Source: Truepera sp. (GTDB taxonomy: Bacteria > Deinococcota > Deinococci > Deinococcales > Trueperaceae). From it: a stretch of 64,000 nucleotides of DNA. This document shows, piece after piece, positions 1-9,774 of this stretch. The stretch's first letter is position 1. Every line of letters begins with the position of its first letter. The notes under the pieces were generated by a model that was not told where the DNA came from, searched no databases, and worked only from the letters and a program-made list of their open reading frames with translations. Both the position numbers and the translations under genes were made by a program. The stretch covers positions 2,784,001-2,848,000 of the forward strand of contig CBDCKW010000009.1 in the NCBI GenBank assembly GCA_965218435.1. The letters are read 5' to 3'.

Positions 1-42
1 CCTCGTAAGAGGGTGTGGGTTCAAGTCCCATTCTCGGCACCA
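1..42 (+). tRNA. tRNA, 3' part only (probably tRNA-Leu)
   Basis: Long variable arm (cctcgtaagaggg), T-arm GTGGGTTCAAGTCCCAT, acceptor strand TCTCGGC, discriminator A and CCA. The anticodon lies outside the window. Confidence 0.85.
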
Positions 43-48
43 GCCAAG

Positions 49-78
49 GCGGACGCTTTTGATCGGCGTCCGTTTTTT
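49..78 (+). terminator. Intrinsic terminator after the tRNA
   Basis: Stem gcggacgc/gcgtccgt followed by a T-run. Confidence 0.75.
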
Positions 79-315
79 GCGCTACCTTTTTAACCGAGCC
101 GTAGCTGCTACTAGGGACTCGAGCACACAACTACTGATCGTGAAGACATGAACGTCCGTTCAGCTTTTGCTGCGAGCTTATGACTACTACAAACTTAGCA
201 AGCTCTCTAAACTACGCGCAAACCTTCGGCGTAAATCTAACCTCACTACGACGTTAGGCGGGCCTACAGTCAGCGTTGGGGTGAGCTTTTCACAATACTC
301 TGTAAGGAGGCAAGT

Positions 316-501
316 GTGACTGACTATGACGAGACTGACAACCAAAAAACCGCGCGCGACTTAGCCGAGGGTAAAGACTTAGAAGATTTAGAGCGTGACC
401 CGGAACAAGATGAGTTAGAGCAAGCCAGCACTGTTCCCGACCCCGAAGACGAGCTGTTAGAGAGCGACGACACGCACTACACCGACGAAAACGAGCTGTA
501 A
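316..501 (+). CDS. Small highly acidic hypothetical protein (61 aa)
   Basis: Strong SD TAAGGAGG before GTG; 25 of 61 residues are D/E. Confidence 0.7.
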   Translation: MTDYDETDNQKTARDLAEGKDLEDLERDPEQDELEQASTVPDPEDELLESDDTHYTDENEL

Positions 502-519
502 CGCCCGTTAGGAGACCCT

Positions 520-756
520 ATGGATAATCCTCAGAACCCCGACCTCGAGGGCGGCCTTATTCCCGATGAGGAAGCTCAGCTTAACCCCGACCTTCTGACC
601 GATGACACCCCTGACCATTTTGGCACGCCGATGGACGACGAAAATGTCGAAAACGAACTTCCTGAAGAGGGCGTTTACCCCGGCGACACCGAGTTTGAAG
701 AAGACTTGGAAGAAGAAGAAATTCGCCGCTACGAGGACGACTCAACGGACGACTAG
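520..756 (+). CDS. Small highly acidic hypothetical protein (78 aa)
   Basis: SD AGGAG before ATG; 31 of 78 residues are D/E; starts 18 nt after the previous ORF. Confidence 0.7.
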   Translation: MDNPQNPDLEGGLIPDEEAQLNPDLLTDDTPDHFGTPMDDENVENELPEEGVYPGDTEFEEDLEEEEIRRYEDDSTDD

Positions 757-854
757 ACGTATACACGCTAGCGAGAAAGGCTTAGACCTTTTGGTACGCA
801 ACCGGTTGACCTAATGGCCCATGCGGTAAGGGTGCAAAGCAGCTACTATAACCC

Positions 855-1151
855 ATGACCAGAACGGAAATCGCCTCGTTTATCCAGCGCCTGATGCGCC
901 GCGAACTCGGTGACGGAGAACTCTCCGCCCTAACCACCAGAGACTTAGACGACATCAACACCTACCTCGCCGAACGCGCCAAAGCCAGCCGGGATGCTAG
1001 GCAAGGTAGTGCTAGACAAAATAGCGCCAATAGTGCCAGACAAAGCGTTGAGCAGCGGGTCAAAACGGTTCAGGGAAGCTTGCAGGCGTTCAAGGCGGCC
1101 AGAAGCTACTCCGAAAAAGAGATTTTACTCGAGTTCGGGGTGCTGGACTAA
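855..1151 (+). CDS. Hypothetical protein (98 aa), probably leaderless
   Basis: TACTAT at 844-849, 5 nt before ATG; internal SARQ repeats; terminator follows. Confidence 0.65.
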   Translation: MTRTEIASFIQRLMRRELGDGELSALTTRDLDDINTYLAERAKASRDARQGSARQNSANSARQSVEQRVKTVQGSLQAFKAARSYSEKEILLEFGVLD

Positions 1152-1174
1152 ACCGGTAGAAACCTTGATAGAGC

Positions 1175-1211
1175 CTGCGGACTTCACCGAGTAGCGAAGT
1201 CCGCAGCTTTT
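1175..1211 (+). terminator. Hairpin terminator between convergent genes
   Basis: Perfect 11-bp stem ctgcggacttc/gaagtccgcag followed by T-run. Confidence 0.7.
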
Positions 1212-1238
1212 GCTTAAACGTCTGTTAAGGCTCGAGCC

Positions 1239-2201
1239 CTAGCTAAACAGTTTAAGCGGTAGATAAAACGACACCACCCAGTTCGGCGCGTCCACAATTT
1301 CACTGATCCGCAGGTCACACGCCACGCTGCAAAGAAGATACGCGTCTTCCGGCGAAAGCCCGTAGCGTTTGCCCAAATGTTCAATCATCGAGAGCACCGC
1401 GTCTTGGCTCGCCGTCATCAGGTCAGCGCCCACGCCCGTCGTGACGTAATAGCCCCTTTCGTCGAGGTGACGCATCACCGGCCCCGACGTTTCAAACTGA
1501 GGTGCGCGTAAGTTAGCCCCTTTAACGAGTTCAAACTGCACCGTCAGCGCCATCGGTGATTCGATAGCGGTGCCGCAGACCTCGCCGTCCCCTTGGGCGG
1601 CGTGCGTGTCACCGACCGAAAAGAGCGCACCGTCAACCTGGACGGGTAGGTGCAAGGTGCTGCCGACCGCCAGATCACGAATGTCGAGGTTACCGCCGCA
1701 CGCCCGTGGCGGGACGATGCTGTGCAGCCCCGGTTGGGCGGGCGCAACCCCGATGGTGCCGGGAAACGCTTTGAGCGGGACGCTGATTCCAGCGGCAAAA
1801 GCGGCGCTCTCCCCGCTAAACGTCCAGGTTTTGAGATAGGGGTCTCTAAAGTGTTCAGCGAGCAAACCGAAACCGGGAATGTTCGCCGTCCAGCCCCACC
1901 CGCTCGGCTTGAGCTCTAAAATCTTGACGCTGAGGGCGTCGCCGGGTTCGGCACCTAAAATTCTGATCGGCCCGGTCACCGGGTTGATCTTGCCGAAGTC
2001 GAGGGCGGTAACGTCAGCTACAGTAGACGACGCGCTCAGCTGACCACCCGAGGCGTCGAGGGTCTCGAGCGTGAGCGTGTCGCCGGGGAGGAGCTCCAAA
2101 ACGGGCTCGAGCGAATTGTCCCACCCCGTATGGCTGTGCTCACTGTGAATGGTTTTGATACTGCTGGACGCAGGTTTACTGGACGCGGGTTTATTGGACA
2201 T
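1239..2201 (-). CDS. Acetamidase/formamidase family protein
   Basis: Motifs TGPI..GAEPGD, GGNLD, GDTHAAQGDGEVCGTAIE. Start moved to ATG 2201, overlapping the end of the SBP gene. Confidence 0.9.
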   Translation of the reverse strand: MSNKPASSKPASSSIKTIHSEHSHTGWDNSLEPVLELLPGDTLTLETLDASGGQLSASSTVADVTALDFGKINPVTGPIRILGAEPGDALSVKILELKPSGWGWTANIPGFGLLAEHFRDPYLKTWTFSGESAAFAAGISVPLKAFPGTIGVAPAQPGLHSIVPPRACGGNLDIRDLAVGSTLHLPVQVDGALFSVGDTHAAQGDGEVCGTAIESPMALTVQFELVKGANLRAPQFETSGPVMRHLDERGYYVTTGVGADLMTASQDAVLSMIEHLGKRYGLSPEDAYLLCSVACDLRISEIVDAPNWVVSFYLPLKLFS

Positions 2202-3783
2202 AGACGTTTTCGTAGTCAACCGGCGTGTGGGTCGGGTCAACAAAGATACCTTCCGGCCCTGCCAACCGCGCCGCATGGACCGTATAACGCGTTTCGTTAA
2301 AGACCGGTACCCACGGCGCGTCTTTCATCACCGAAGTGTAAATGTCTGCCCACGCCTTTTCACGCTCAGCAGCTTGACCGGGTTGCACCATCGCGTCGGC
2401 CGCAGTCGCCTCTGCGTCAAGTTTTTCATTGCAGTACCAGGCCCAGTTCCACCCGCCCTGCACAGCGCCCGCACAGCCCAGAATCGGCCAGTAAAAGTTG
2501 CTCGGGTCGGGGTAGTCGGCAATCCACGCCATCCCGCCCGACCAGATCATCGGCGCACCTTCGGGTTCACCCCCGGCAGCGATGACGGTACTCTGCGCCT
2601 GCGTCCGCAGCTCAGCGGTAATCCCGACCGCCGCCAAATCTTGCTGCACGGCCTGCGCGATACGCGGGTTTGGATCTGTATTGGTGGCGTAGAGCTGTGT
2701 GCTAAACCCGTCCGGGAACCCCGCTTCAGCGAGGAGTGCTTTGGCCCCTTCAGGGTCATAAGCGTAACCCTTGTACGAATCGTTGTAACCGGGCATCAGT
2801 GGCGGGAGCGGCTGCGTCGCCGGAGTCGCACGGCCGTTGATAATTTGGATGATCCGGTCTTTGTTCACAGCCATGTTGACCGCTTGTCGGACCTTGACGT
2901 TATCGAACGGCGCGACGTTACCGTTCAGCGTGATATAGCCCGTTTGTAGCTGCGGACCGCTGGCAATGAGGTCTTGGTTGGCCGCGTTACTGGTAAATGT
3001 GACAAATTGTGCGGGCGGGATGCCGTCGCCTAAGATGTCAGCCTGACCGCGTTGCAGGCGTAACAGGGCGACCGTCGGTTCGACGCCAACTTCATACGTT
3101 ACCTCGTCTAAATACGGCAATCCTTTGTGAAAATAATCGGGATTGCGCTCGATCACGAGGCGCTGCCCGAGTTGCCACTCGCGGAGCTTAAATGCGCCCG
3201 TGCCGACCGGATGACGGCCAAAGTCCTCGCCGTAACGTTCGACCTCTTCTTGCGGTACGACATACGAAAAGTTGAGTGCCATCAGGTGCAAAAACGGGGC
3301 GCTCGGTTCGTCGAGCGTAATCTCTACGGTGGTGTCGTCAGGCGTCTGAATGCCGGACACTTCGGTGGCTTTGCCGTCAACGAACGCTTGTGCGCCGCTG
3401 ATGCCGAGGTAAAAGCCCTGACCGGGGCTCCGCGTGGCGGGGTTTAAGGTGCGCTCGAGCGAATACTTCACATCTTCCGCGGTCATTTCGCGGCCGTTAT
3501 GAAACTTGACGCCTTGGCGCAGCCCAAACGTATAGGTTTTGCCGTCTTTGGATACGGTATAGCTTTCGGCCAGGTTGGGCTCGAGGTCTGCCGTCCCCGG
3601 TTTGTAGCCCATCAGCCCGCTAAACATCGCCTTGATGATCGAAAAGTTCTGCCAGTCGTAGCCGATCGCCGGGTCGAGCGTCGAGATATCGTCTTTATAC
3701 GTCACCACGATGCTCCCGCCCTGCTGCTGGGCCATACCCAAACCACCTAATAGAAGAACTACACCGAAAACCAAACGCTTCAT
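2191..3783 (-). CDS. ABC transporter substrate-binding protein, peptide/nickel (family 5)
   Basis: Signal peptide MKRLVFGVVLLL; motifs LDP, KFHNG, PVGTGAF; SD before ATG 3783. Confidence 0.92.
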   Translation of the reverse strand: MKRLVFGVVLLLGGLGMAQQQGGSIVVTYKDDISTLDPAIGYDWQNFSIIKAMFSGLMGYKPGTADLEPNLAESYTVSKDGKTYTFGLRQGVKFHNGREMTAEDVKYSLERTLNPATRSPGQGFYLGISGAQAFVDGKATEVSGIQTPDDTTVEITLDEPSAPFLHLMALNFSYVVPQEEVERYGEDFGRHPVGTGAFKLREWQLGQRLVIERNPDYFHKGLPYLDEVTYEVGVEPTVALLRLQRGQADILGDGIPPAQFVTFTSNAANQDLIASGPQLQTGYITLNGNVAPFDNVKVRQAVNMAVNKDRIIQIINGRATPATQPLPPLMPGYNDSYKGYAYDPEGAKALLAEAGFPDGFSTQLYATNTDPNPRIAQAVQQDLAAVGITAELRTQAQSTVIAAGGEPEGAPMIWSGGMAWIADYPDPSNFYWPILGCAGAVQGGWNWAWYCNEKLDAEATAADAMVQPGQAAEREKAWADIYTSVMKDAPWVPVFNETRYTVHAARLAGPEGIFVDPTHTPVDYENVYVQ

Positions 3784-3829
3784 CTTTCCCCTTTCACGCG
3801 AGCAGCGGCTCACGGACCAACCAAAAGAG

Positions 3830-4750
3830 CTAATTGTAACGGAGCCTCGGGTCAACCAGTGGATACACGAGGTCGGCCAGCAAATTGCCTAAGACGATAA
3901 AAAACGCCGTGATCAGCACCGTGCCCATAATGACCGGAATGTCCAGAACCTGAATCGCCTGCCACGCGAGCTGCCCGATACCAGGCCACGCGAAGACCGA
4001 TTCAACGACGACCACGCCGCCCATAAGTAACCCGATATCGAGACCGATCATGGCGATAATCGGCAGCACCGCGTTACGCAGCGCGTGTTTCAGCACCACG
4101 CGCCGCCGCGCCAACCCTTTAGCCGTGCCGGTGCGGATGTAGTCGGACCCAAGGGTCTCGAGCATCGCCGCCCGCATCACCCGGGCGTACCACCCGGCCC
4201 CGGTCGTCGCTAAGGTCAAGGCTGGCAAGATCAGATGTTGCGGCGTCCCGTAACCGCCGAGCGGTAGGAGCGCCCAGTGGTAGGCAAACACGTAGAGCAA
4301 AATCAGGCCCAGGGCAAATTGCGGTGCGGACACCCCCACAAACGCGAAGACCATCACCCCTTTGTCAAGTGCGCGTCCTGCGTAGAGCGCCGCCAAAATC
4401 CCGAGGGGGACGCCGAAAAGCAGCTCGAGAAAAATCCCGCCCGCCGTGAGTTGCAAGGTTGCGGGCAAACGTGAGAAGAGGAGCGTCCGAATTTCGGTGC
4501 GCTGCTGGTACGAGCGGCCTAGATCACCCCGCGCCAAGCCGCCGACGTAACGCCCGTACTGGACGTAGAGCGGCCGGTCGAGCCCAAGCTGAGCCCGAAT
4601 CCCGGCGACGGTTTCAGCGTTCGCTTGACGACCCGCGAGCATCCGCGCGGGGTCAGCCGGAATCAGGTTGGTCAGCAAAAACGAGACCGTAACGACCCCT
4701 AACAACACAAAAATGGTTTGGGCCAGTCGAGAGGCGAGGTAACTCAGCAT
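3830..4750 (-). CDS. ABC transporter permease (DppB/OppB-like)
   Basis: GDLGRSY, DYIRT..AKGL, VESVFAWPGIG, C-terminal DPR. Confidence 0.92.
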   Translation of the reverse strand: MLSYLASRLAQTIFVLLGVVTVSFLLTNLIPADPARMLAGRQANAETVAGIRAQLGLDRPLYVQYGRYVGGLARGDLGRSYQQRTEIRTLLFSRLPATLQLTAGGIFLELLFGVPLGILAALYAGRALDKGVMVFAFVGVSAPQFALGLILLYVFAYHWALLPLGGYGTPQHLILPALTLATTGAGWYARVMRAAMLETLGSDYIRTGTAKGLARRRVVLKHALRNAVLPIIAMIGLDIGLLMGGVVVVESVFAWPGIGQLAWQAIQVLDIPVIMGTVLITAFFIVLGNLLADLVYPLVDPRLRYN

Positions 4751-4760
4751 AGCCCTAACC

Positions 4761-5645
4761 CTAAAGACCTTTCGGGTCGAGCGCGTCACGCAGCGCGTCA
4801 CCCACGAGGTTAAAGGCGACGGCGGTCAGCAAAATCGCCAGCCCCGGAAACGCCACGAGCCACGGCGCGGTAAAAAAGAACGACTGACTTTCGTTGATGA
4901 TGCCGCCCCAACTCGGCGTCGGCGGCTGCACCCCGACGCCTAAAAACGACAGGGTGGCTTCGAGCAGCACCGTCGTCGAAATCCCCAAAGTGCCGTACAC
5001 GAGCATCGTCGGCAACACGTGCGGAACGAGGTGCCGAAACAAAATTCGGCTACGGCTCGCCCCGAGGGAGAGGGCCGCACCGACAAACTCGTTTTCGGAT
5101 AACGCCAATACCTGCGCGTAAACGACTCGCGCAACCTGCACCCAGTTTACCAGCGCGATCACCAGCGCGACGATCCACAGACTCGGGCGCAAAATCGCCG
5201 AGAGCGCAATCGCTAAGAGCAGCGCCGGAAACGCCATCATCACGTCGGTAAACCGCATGATGAGAAACCCGACCCAACCCTTGAAGTAACCGGCCAGCAC
5301 GCCTAAAAACGTCCCTAACAGGAGCGCCGCAGCGTTCGCAGCGAGGCCGATGGTAAGTGAGACGCGAGCCCCGTAAAGGAGCCTCGAGAATAGGTCACGC
5401 CCGAGCAGATCGGTGCCGAGCAAGAAATGACCGTTCGGCGGCAGCGGCGAACCGGTCAGGGTTAAGCCGTCAAAAAATTGCTCGTCCGGGTTGTAAGGGG
5501 CGAGTAGCGGCGCAAAAACCGCGAGAACGACGACGACCAAAACTACACCGAAACCGAACAATCCCAAACCATTACGAAAGAGACGCCGCCAGACCCTGGG
5601 TAGCGTCCGCACCGGACGGCTCTGCGCAGCGTCTTGTATAATCAT
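4761..5645 (-). CDS. ABC transporter permease (DppC/OppC-like)
   Basis: LGTDLLGRD..SRLLYGAR, LSFLGVG.QPPTPSWG, FNLVGDALRD. Confidence 0.92.
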   Translation of the reverse strand: MIIQDAAQSRPVRTLPRVWRRLFRNGLGLFGFGVVLVVVVLAVFAPLLAPYNPDEQFFDGLTLTGSPLPPNGHFLLGTDLLGRDLFSRLLYGARVSLTIGLAANAAALLLGTFLGVLAGYFKGWVGFLIMRFTDVMMAFPALLLAIALSAILRPSLWIVALVIALVNWVQVARVVYAQVLALSENEFVGAALSLGASRSRILFRHLVPHVLPTMLVYGTLGISTTVLLEATLSFLGVGVQPPTPSWGGIINESQSFFFTAPWLVAFPGLAILLTAVAFNLVGDALRDALDPKGL

Positions 5646-5941
5646 GTGACGTTGTAGTGCAGGTTGATCTGAGCCACAGCCAGCCTCCGTTAGTCACAAC
5701 GTATCACCCGGACGAACATTTGACAACATGCCGGTTGAGTCATACCAAAAGACTTGGGTTTACTACGCAAACTGTATAAAGAAGATGGTACGGTCTACAT
5801 TTTAGGCTGTCATTAAGCTTTAACTTGGGCATTTCTCGAGCTCCAGCTGACACAGTTTTTACAGCGGTCTTTTTACCGCGAGTAAAAGGCTAAGCTGAGG
5901 ACTCACTGCAAGCCAGCCCAAACACAGCTGACATCAAAACC

Positions 5942-5972
5942 AAAAAAGCGTCCGACCTTTTGGGCCGGACAC
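5942..5972 (-). terminator. Terminator of the sugar ABC ATPase gene
   Basis: Imperfect hairpin gtccg/cggac with a T-run on the minus strand. Confidence 0.5.
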
Positions 5973-6002
5973 TGTGGCTATGCTGGGTTATGCTACACCA
6001 GC

Positions 6003-7100
6003 TTACGAGAAGCGGATGTTGTCTTCGCTCTCGAGCGTAAACGCGTGCATTTTTGCAGGATCGGCGAGCAGCTCAATCTGGTCACCGGGGCTCACGCGGG
6101 CGTGCGCGTCAACGCGGGCGACTAAGCTCTGGTCGCCGTCGACCGAGGTGATAATCTGCGTTTCCGAACCGAGCGGTTCCACGACCTCAACGGTGGCGCG
6201 GATGACGTTGTCACTCCCGGGAACGCCGTCAACACCGCGCAGGCCGAGGTCTTCCGGGCGAATGCCGAAGTACACTTTTTGGCCGTTGACCTTTTTGAGT
6301 TTTTGAGCAAGCTCGGCGTCGGGTGTGACGCTAAAGCTCTGGCCCGAGATTTTCCCGTCTTGCACCGTACCGACCAAAAAGTTCATCGCCGGAGAGCCCA
6401 TAAAACCCGCGACAAATCTGTTTTTGGGTTTTTCGTAGAGGTTAATCGGCGAATCTACCTGCTGAATCAGACCGTCTTTCATCACCACGATCCGCGTGCC
6501 CATCGTCATCGCCTCAACCTGGTCGTGCGTGACGTAAACGGTCGTAACGCCGAGACGCTGGTGCAGCTTGGTAATCGAGGCGCGCATCTCGACGCGGAGC
6601 TTAGCGTCTAAGTTCGAGAGCGGCTCGTCCATCAAAAAGACTTTCGGCTCGCGTACAATCGCGCGGCCCAAGGCGACACGCTGCCGCTGACCCCCGGAGA
6701 GTTCACGTGGGCGGCGCTGCAACAGGTGTTCGATCTGCAAGATTTTAGCGGCGTCGTTGACACGCCGGGTAATGTCTTGCTTGGGAGTTTTACGGAGCCG
6801 CAACCCGAACGACATATTCTGCTCGACGTTCATGTGCGGGTAAAGTGCGTAGTTTTGAAAGACCATGGCGATATCGCGGTCTTTGGGCGGGACATCGTTG
6901 ACCACCCGGTCACCGATACGGAGGTTGCCGTCGCTGATCTCTTCTAACCCGGCAATCATCCGCAGCGTCGTCGTTTTACCACATCCCGAAGGCCCGACGA
7001 AGACCATAAACTCTTCGTCTTTGATCTCCAAGTTAAAGTCTTTTACGACCGTGACGGGGCCGTAGCGCTTGTAGATATGGTCGAGCACTACTTCTGCCAT
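6003..7100 (-). CDS. Carbohydrate ABC transporter ATPase (MalK/MsmX/UgpC-like), stand-alone
   Basis: Walker A GPSGCGKT, VFQNYALYPHM, LSGGQRQR, DEPLSNLD, C-terminal TOBE-like region; SD AGGAGG. Confidence 0.95.
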   Translation of the reverse strand: MAEVVLDHIYKRYGPVTVVKDFNLEIKDEEFMVFVGPSGCGKTTTLRMIAGLEEISDGNLRIGDRVVNDVPPKDRDIAMVFQNYALYPHMNVEQNMSFGLRLRKTPKQDITRRVNDAAKILQIEHLLQRRPRELSGGQRQRVALGRAIVREPKVFLMDEPLSNLDAKLRVEMRASITKLHQRLGVTTVYVTHDQVEAMTMGTRIVVMKDGLIQQVDSPINLYEKPKNRFVAGFMGSPAMNFLVGTVQDGKISGQSFSVTPDAELAQKLKKVNGQKVYFGIRPEDLGLRGVDGVPGSDNVIRATVEVVEPLGSETQIITSVDGDQSLVARVDAHARVSPGDQIELLADPAKMHAFTLESEDNIRFS

Positions 7101-7277
7101 GCTTTCCTCCTGTTGCGCCCTGTTTGATTAGACCCCGAAAGGCCCCCGGACGCGGTAGTAAGCTGAGTTAGGCAAGTGTAGCACAACAGCTTTCGTAGCG
7201 ACAAGCTCTTTACAGCGCCTTTTGCCGTGACTCGTTGCCGAAACCAGGGTGATTCGACGCGCGTGGTTTGATACGCC

Positions 7278-8084
7278 ATGACCCCTTCCCTCCTCGCAGT
7301 CTTTGCCCACCCCGACGATGAAGTCTTTTCCGGCGGCACGCTCGCGCACTACGCTAAGCTAGGCGTCAAGGTCACGCTTTTATGCGCGACTAAGGGCGAC
7401 GCGGGTAAAGTGACCGACCCTGAGCTTAAGGTCAGTGGCCCCGAAGAACTCGCGGCGCTCCGGGAGGATGAGCTGCGGCGCTCGGCCGACCTGCTCGGGA
7501 TACAAAACGTCGTGATGCTCGGCTACGGCGATTCGGGGCGCGAAGAGCGGACCCGGACGGGCGACAAAAAAGCCCTGATGAACGTTGACCTGTTTGACCT
7601 CGAGGCCAAGGTGCGGGAGGTCATCGCTAGGGTGCAGCCGCAAGTGCTGCTGACCTTTGACCCCCACGGCGGCTACGGCCACGCCGACCACTTAGCCGTT
7701 CACCGGGCGACGAGCGCGGCGTTTTTCTCAACCGGGCATCTTGAACCCGCGCCCCAAAGACTGTTTTTCGGAGTTAGCCCGACTGCGGTGGCCAAAATGC
7801 TGGGGGAGGCTCGAGGGCTTGACCCGCTGCTCTACGGCGTTTCGGACAATACCGTTACCGTAAAACTAGATGTCAAGGCGCACAGGGAGAAAAAGCAGGC
7901 CGCGCTTAAGGCGCACCGCTCGCAGATGGGGCCGACCTCGAGGATGGCGCAGATGACCGAAGAGGCGAAGACCAAATTCGAGAGTTTTTTCGAGACCGAA
8001 GCGTTCGCTTTGGGCGGTTTTCGGGGACCGCTCGAGTTGCCCCTACGCGGCCTGTTTGACGGCTTGGGGTTGGACATTACCTAA
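7278..8084 (+). CDS. PIG-L family deacetylase (MshB/BshB-like)
   Basis: Motifs AHPDDE, GGYGHADH, HRSQ. Confidence 0.9.
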   Translation: MTPSLLAVFAHPDDEVFSGGTLAHYAKLGVKVTLLCATKGDAGKVTDPELKVSGPEELAALREDELRRSADLLGIQNVVMLGYGDSGREERTRTGDKKALMNVDLFDLEAKVREVIARVQPQVLLTFDPHGGYGHADHLAVHRATSAAFFSTGHLEPAPQRLFFGVSPTAVAKMLGEARGLDPLLYGVSDNTVTVKLDVKAHREKKQAALKAHRSQMGPTSRMAQMTEEAKTKFESFFETEAFALGGFRGPLELPLRGLFDGLGLDIT

Positions 8085-9587
8085 ACCGGTGTCGTTTAAG
8101 TAACCGTTTTCGGCCATGATACGTTTGCGCTCGAGCTGCGTTTCGGGCCGTTTCAAAAACATGGCGAGTTTACCTCTGGCCTCGGCCACCGCTTTTTTAT
8201 GCTCAACGATGGGGTGTGGATAGTCCCGGCCGATCACGCAACCGAGCATCGCTTGGGTAAGGGGCGGAAGCGTGTGCGGCTCGGCAAGATAATGCGTCGG
8301 TACCGGCGTAAGCTCCGGTACCCAGCGGCGGATAAACGCGCCCGTCGGGTCGTGCTCCCTAGCTTGTTTGAGCGGTGAATAAAGCCTCAGGGTATGAACG
8401 CTCGTTACACCAGCTTGCATCTGCAGCTGAAACCAGTGAATCCCCGGCTCGGTGTCGAGCCAATGACGCGCCAAAAACCTCCCCACCGGACGCCAGTCGA
8501 GCCACAGATGATGGGCGGCAAACGAAACCAGCATCGCCCGCATCCGAAAGTTGAGCTTTCCCTCTGCTAAAAGTGCCCGGATGCACGCGTCCACCATCGG
8601 GTAGCCGGTTTGTCCGGCACAAAACGCCTCGAAGCGTTCGCTCGAGAAATCAGCCCGCAAACCTTCAAAGGCGCGGTTAAGGGGGCGGAACTCGAGCCCC
8701 GGTTCACGTTCAAAGTGCTGCATAAAACCCTCTCGCCACCGTAAACGGTTGTGAAACATCGCCAATGAGCGCAGCCACGCGGCGTCTCGCGGTGCGCCTG
8801 CCGGACGCGCGCGTAGCACACGCTGTTTACGGGCACTCTCCTGAAAAACCTGACGGCTCGAGACGTTCCCCCAAGCCAGATACGGGCTCAGGTGCGACGC
8901 GCTGACACGGGAGCGTTCCGGGCTCGAGATGTCCCGCGCGTAGCTCAGGCCGCGCCGAGTCAAAAAGCTCTCTAACACCTCATGCGCCGCCGCTTCGCCT
9001 GCTACCGGCAAGGTCTTTCTCGTCGGTTTTAGGCCCAGCTCCCAGGGGGTTCGGTGGCGTTCAGCTGAAATAGACGCTGAAATCAGACGTTTGGGCGGCG
9101 CTAAGATGGGTGTATAAACCGTCCCAAACCAGTGCTCGCGCCACGCTTCGCCGCGCACGCCTGCAGCCCTTTGGCCCCGCAGCACCGCACCGTTTGCAAA
9201 CTCGTAAAACGGCACGCCCCTGGCCTTCGCCCACTGCCTGACCCGCTTGTCCCTCGAGAACGACACCGCGTTCCCTGTCTCTTCGTGCGCGTAAAGCCCG
9301 GCAATTCCGTAATCTTTACGCAGCGTTTCTAAAACGTCCGGCATAGACCCGACCCGGTAGAGCAGCCGCCCGCCTAATTTGACGAGCTCGGTCTCGAGGC
9401 TCAGCAAAGACTGATTGATAAACTCGAGGTGCGCCGCGTCAAACTCAGCGTCGTTATATACTTCGGGTTCGTAGACGTACAAGCCGACGACCGGCGCGTG
9501 CTTGGCTGCAGCTAGAAGCGGCGCGTGGTCGGCGAGCCGCAGGTCACGTTTATACCAGACGATGTGAAGGGGCGTCGACACAGGCAC
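8043..9587 (-). CDS. Photolyase/cryptochrome family protein
   Basis: WYKRDLRLADH, S.LSPYLAWG, GQTGYPMVDAC, NFRMRAM, DP.G.FIRRWVPEL; leaderless TACTAT at 9593-9598. Confidence 0.92.
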   Translation of the reverse strand: MPVSTPLHIVWYKRDLRLADHAPLLAAAKHAPVVGLYVYEPEVYNDAEFDAAHLEFINQSLLSLETELVKLGGRLLYRVGSMPDVLETLRKDYGIAGLYAHEETGNAVSFSRDKRVRQWAKARGVPFYEFANGAVLRGQRAAGVRGEAWREHWFGTVYTPILAPPKRLISASISAERHRTPWELGLKPTRKTLPVAGEAAAHEVLESFLTRRGLSYARDISSPERSRVSASHLSPYLAWGNVSSRQVFQESARKQRVLRARPAGAPRDAAWLRSLAMFHNRLRWREGFMQHFEREPGLEFRPLNRAFEGLRADFSSERFEAFCAGQTGYPMVDACIRALLAEGKLNFRMRAMLVSFAAHHLWLDWRPVGRFLARHWLDTEPGIHWFQLQMQAGVTSVHTLRLYSPLKQAREHDPTGAFIRRWVPELTPVPTHYLAEPHTLPPLTQAMLGCVIGRDYPHPIVEHKKAVAEARGKLAMFLKRPETQLERKRIMAENGYLNDTGLGNVQPQAVKQAA

Positions 9588-9631
9588 CCGTTATAGTACC
9601 TTAATTAATTAGGTATTTAGGCTGTTTCAGC

Positions 9632-9648
9632 TTACGCTTTAGACGTGA
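9632..9648. promoter_or_regulatory. RDRM-like (DdrO-type) 17-bp palindrome
   Basis: TTACGCTTTAGACGTGA matches the Deinococcus RDRM pattern and lies about 45 nt upstream of the photolyase start. Confidence 0.45.
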
Positions 9649-9774
9649 CAGCTACAGAGCTTGCCTGTAAAAAGTACAGCGTGATCTCTTGGCTTTAGGC
9701 TAAAGTTAAACAAGACGGCCGACAGCGCCGAGGCACAGAAAGCGGCGTAAAGTGTCGTGAAGGTGAGGTAAAAC

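Noticed and set aside
1..1200. Island or prophage integrated at the tRNA 3' end
   Set aside because: No integrase, no duplicated tRNA 3' end seen in the window, and native composition (CTCGAG present).
2149..2949. Long antisense ORF (266 aa) and similar shadow ORFs (e.g. 49661-50257, 60101-60757, 12296-12796)
   Set aside because: They lie opposite well-supported genes, have no recognisable motifs and are expected at this GC content.
8043..8084. 42-nt convergent overlap of the deacetylase and photolyase genes as antisense regulation
   Set aside because: Short tail-to-tail overlaps are common, and there is no further supporting signal.
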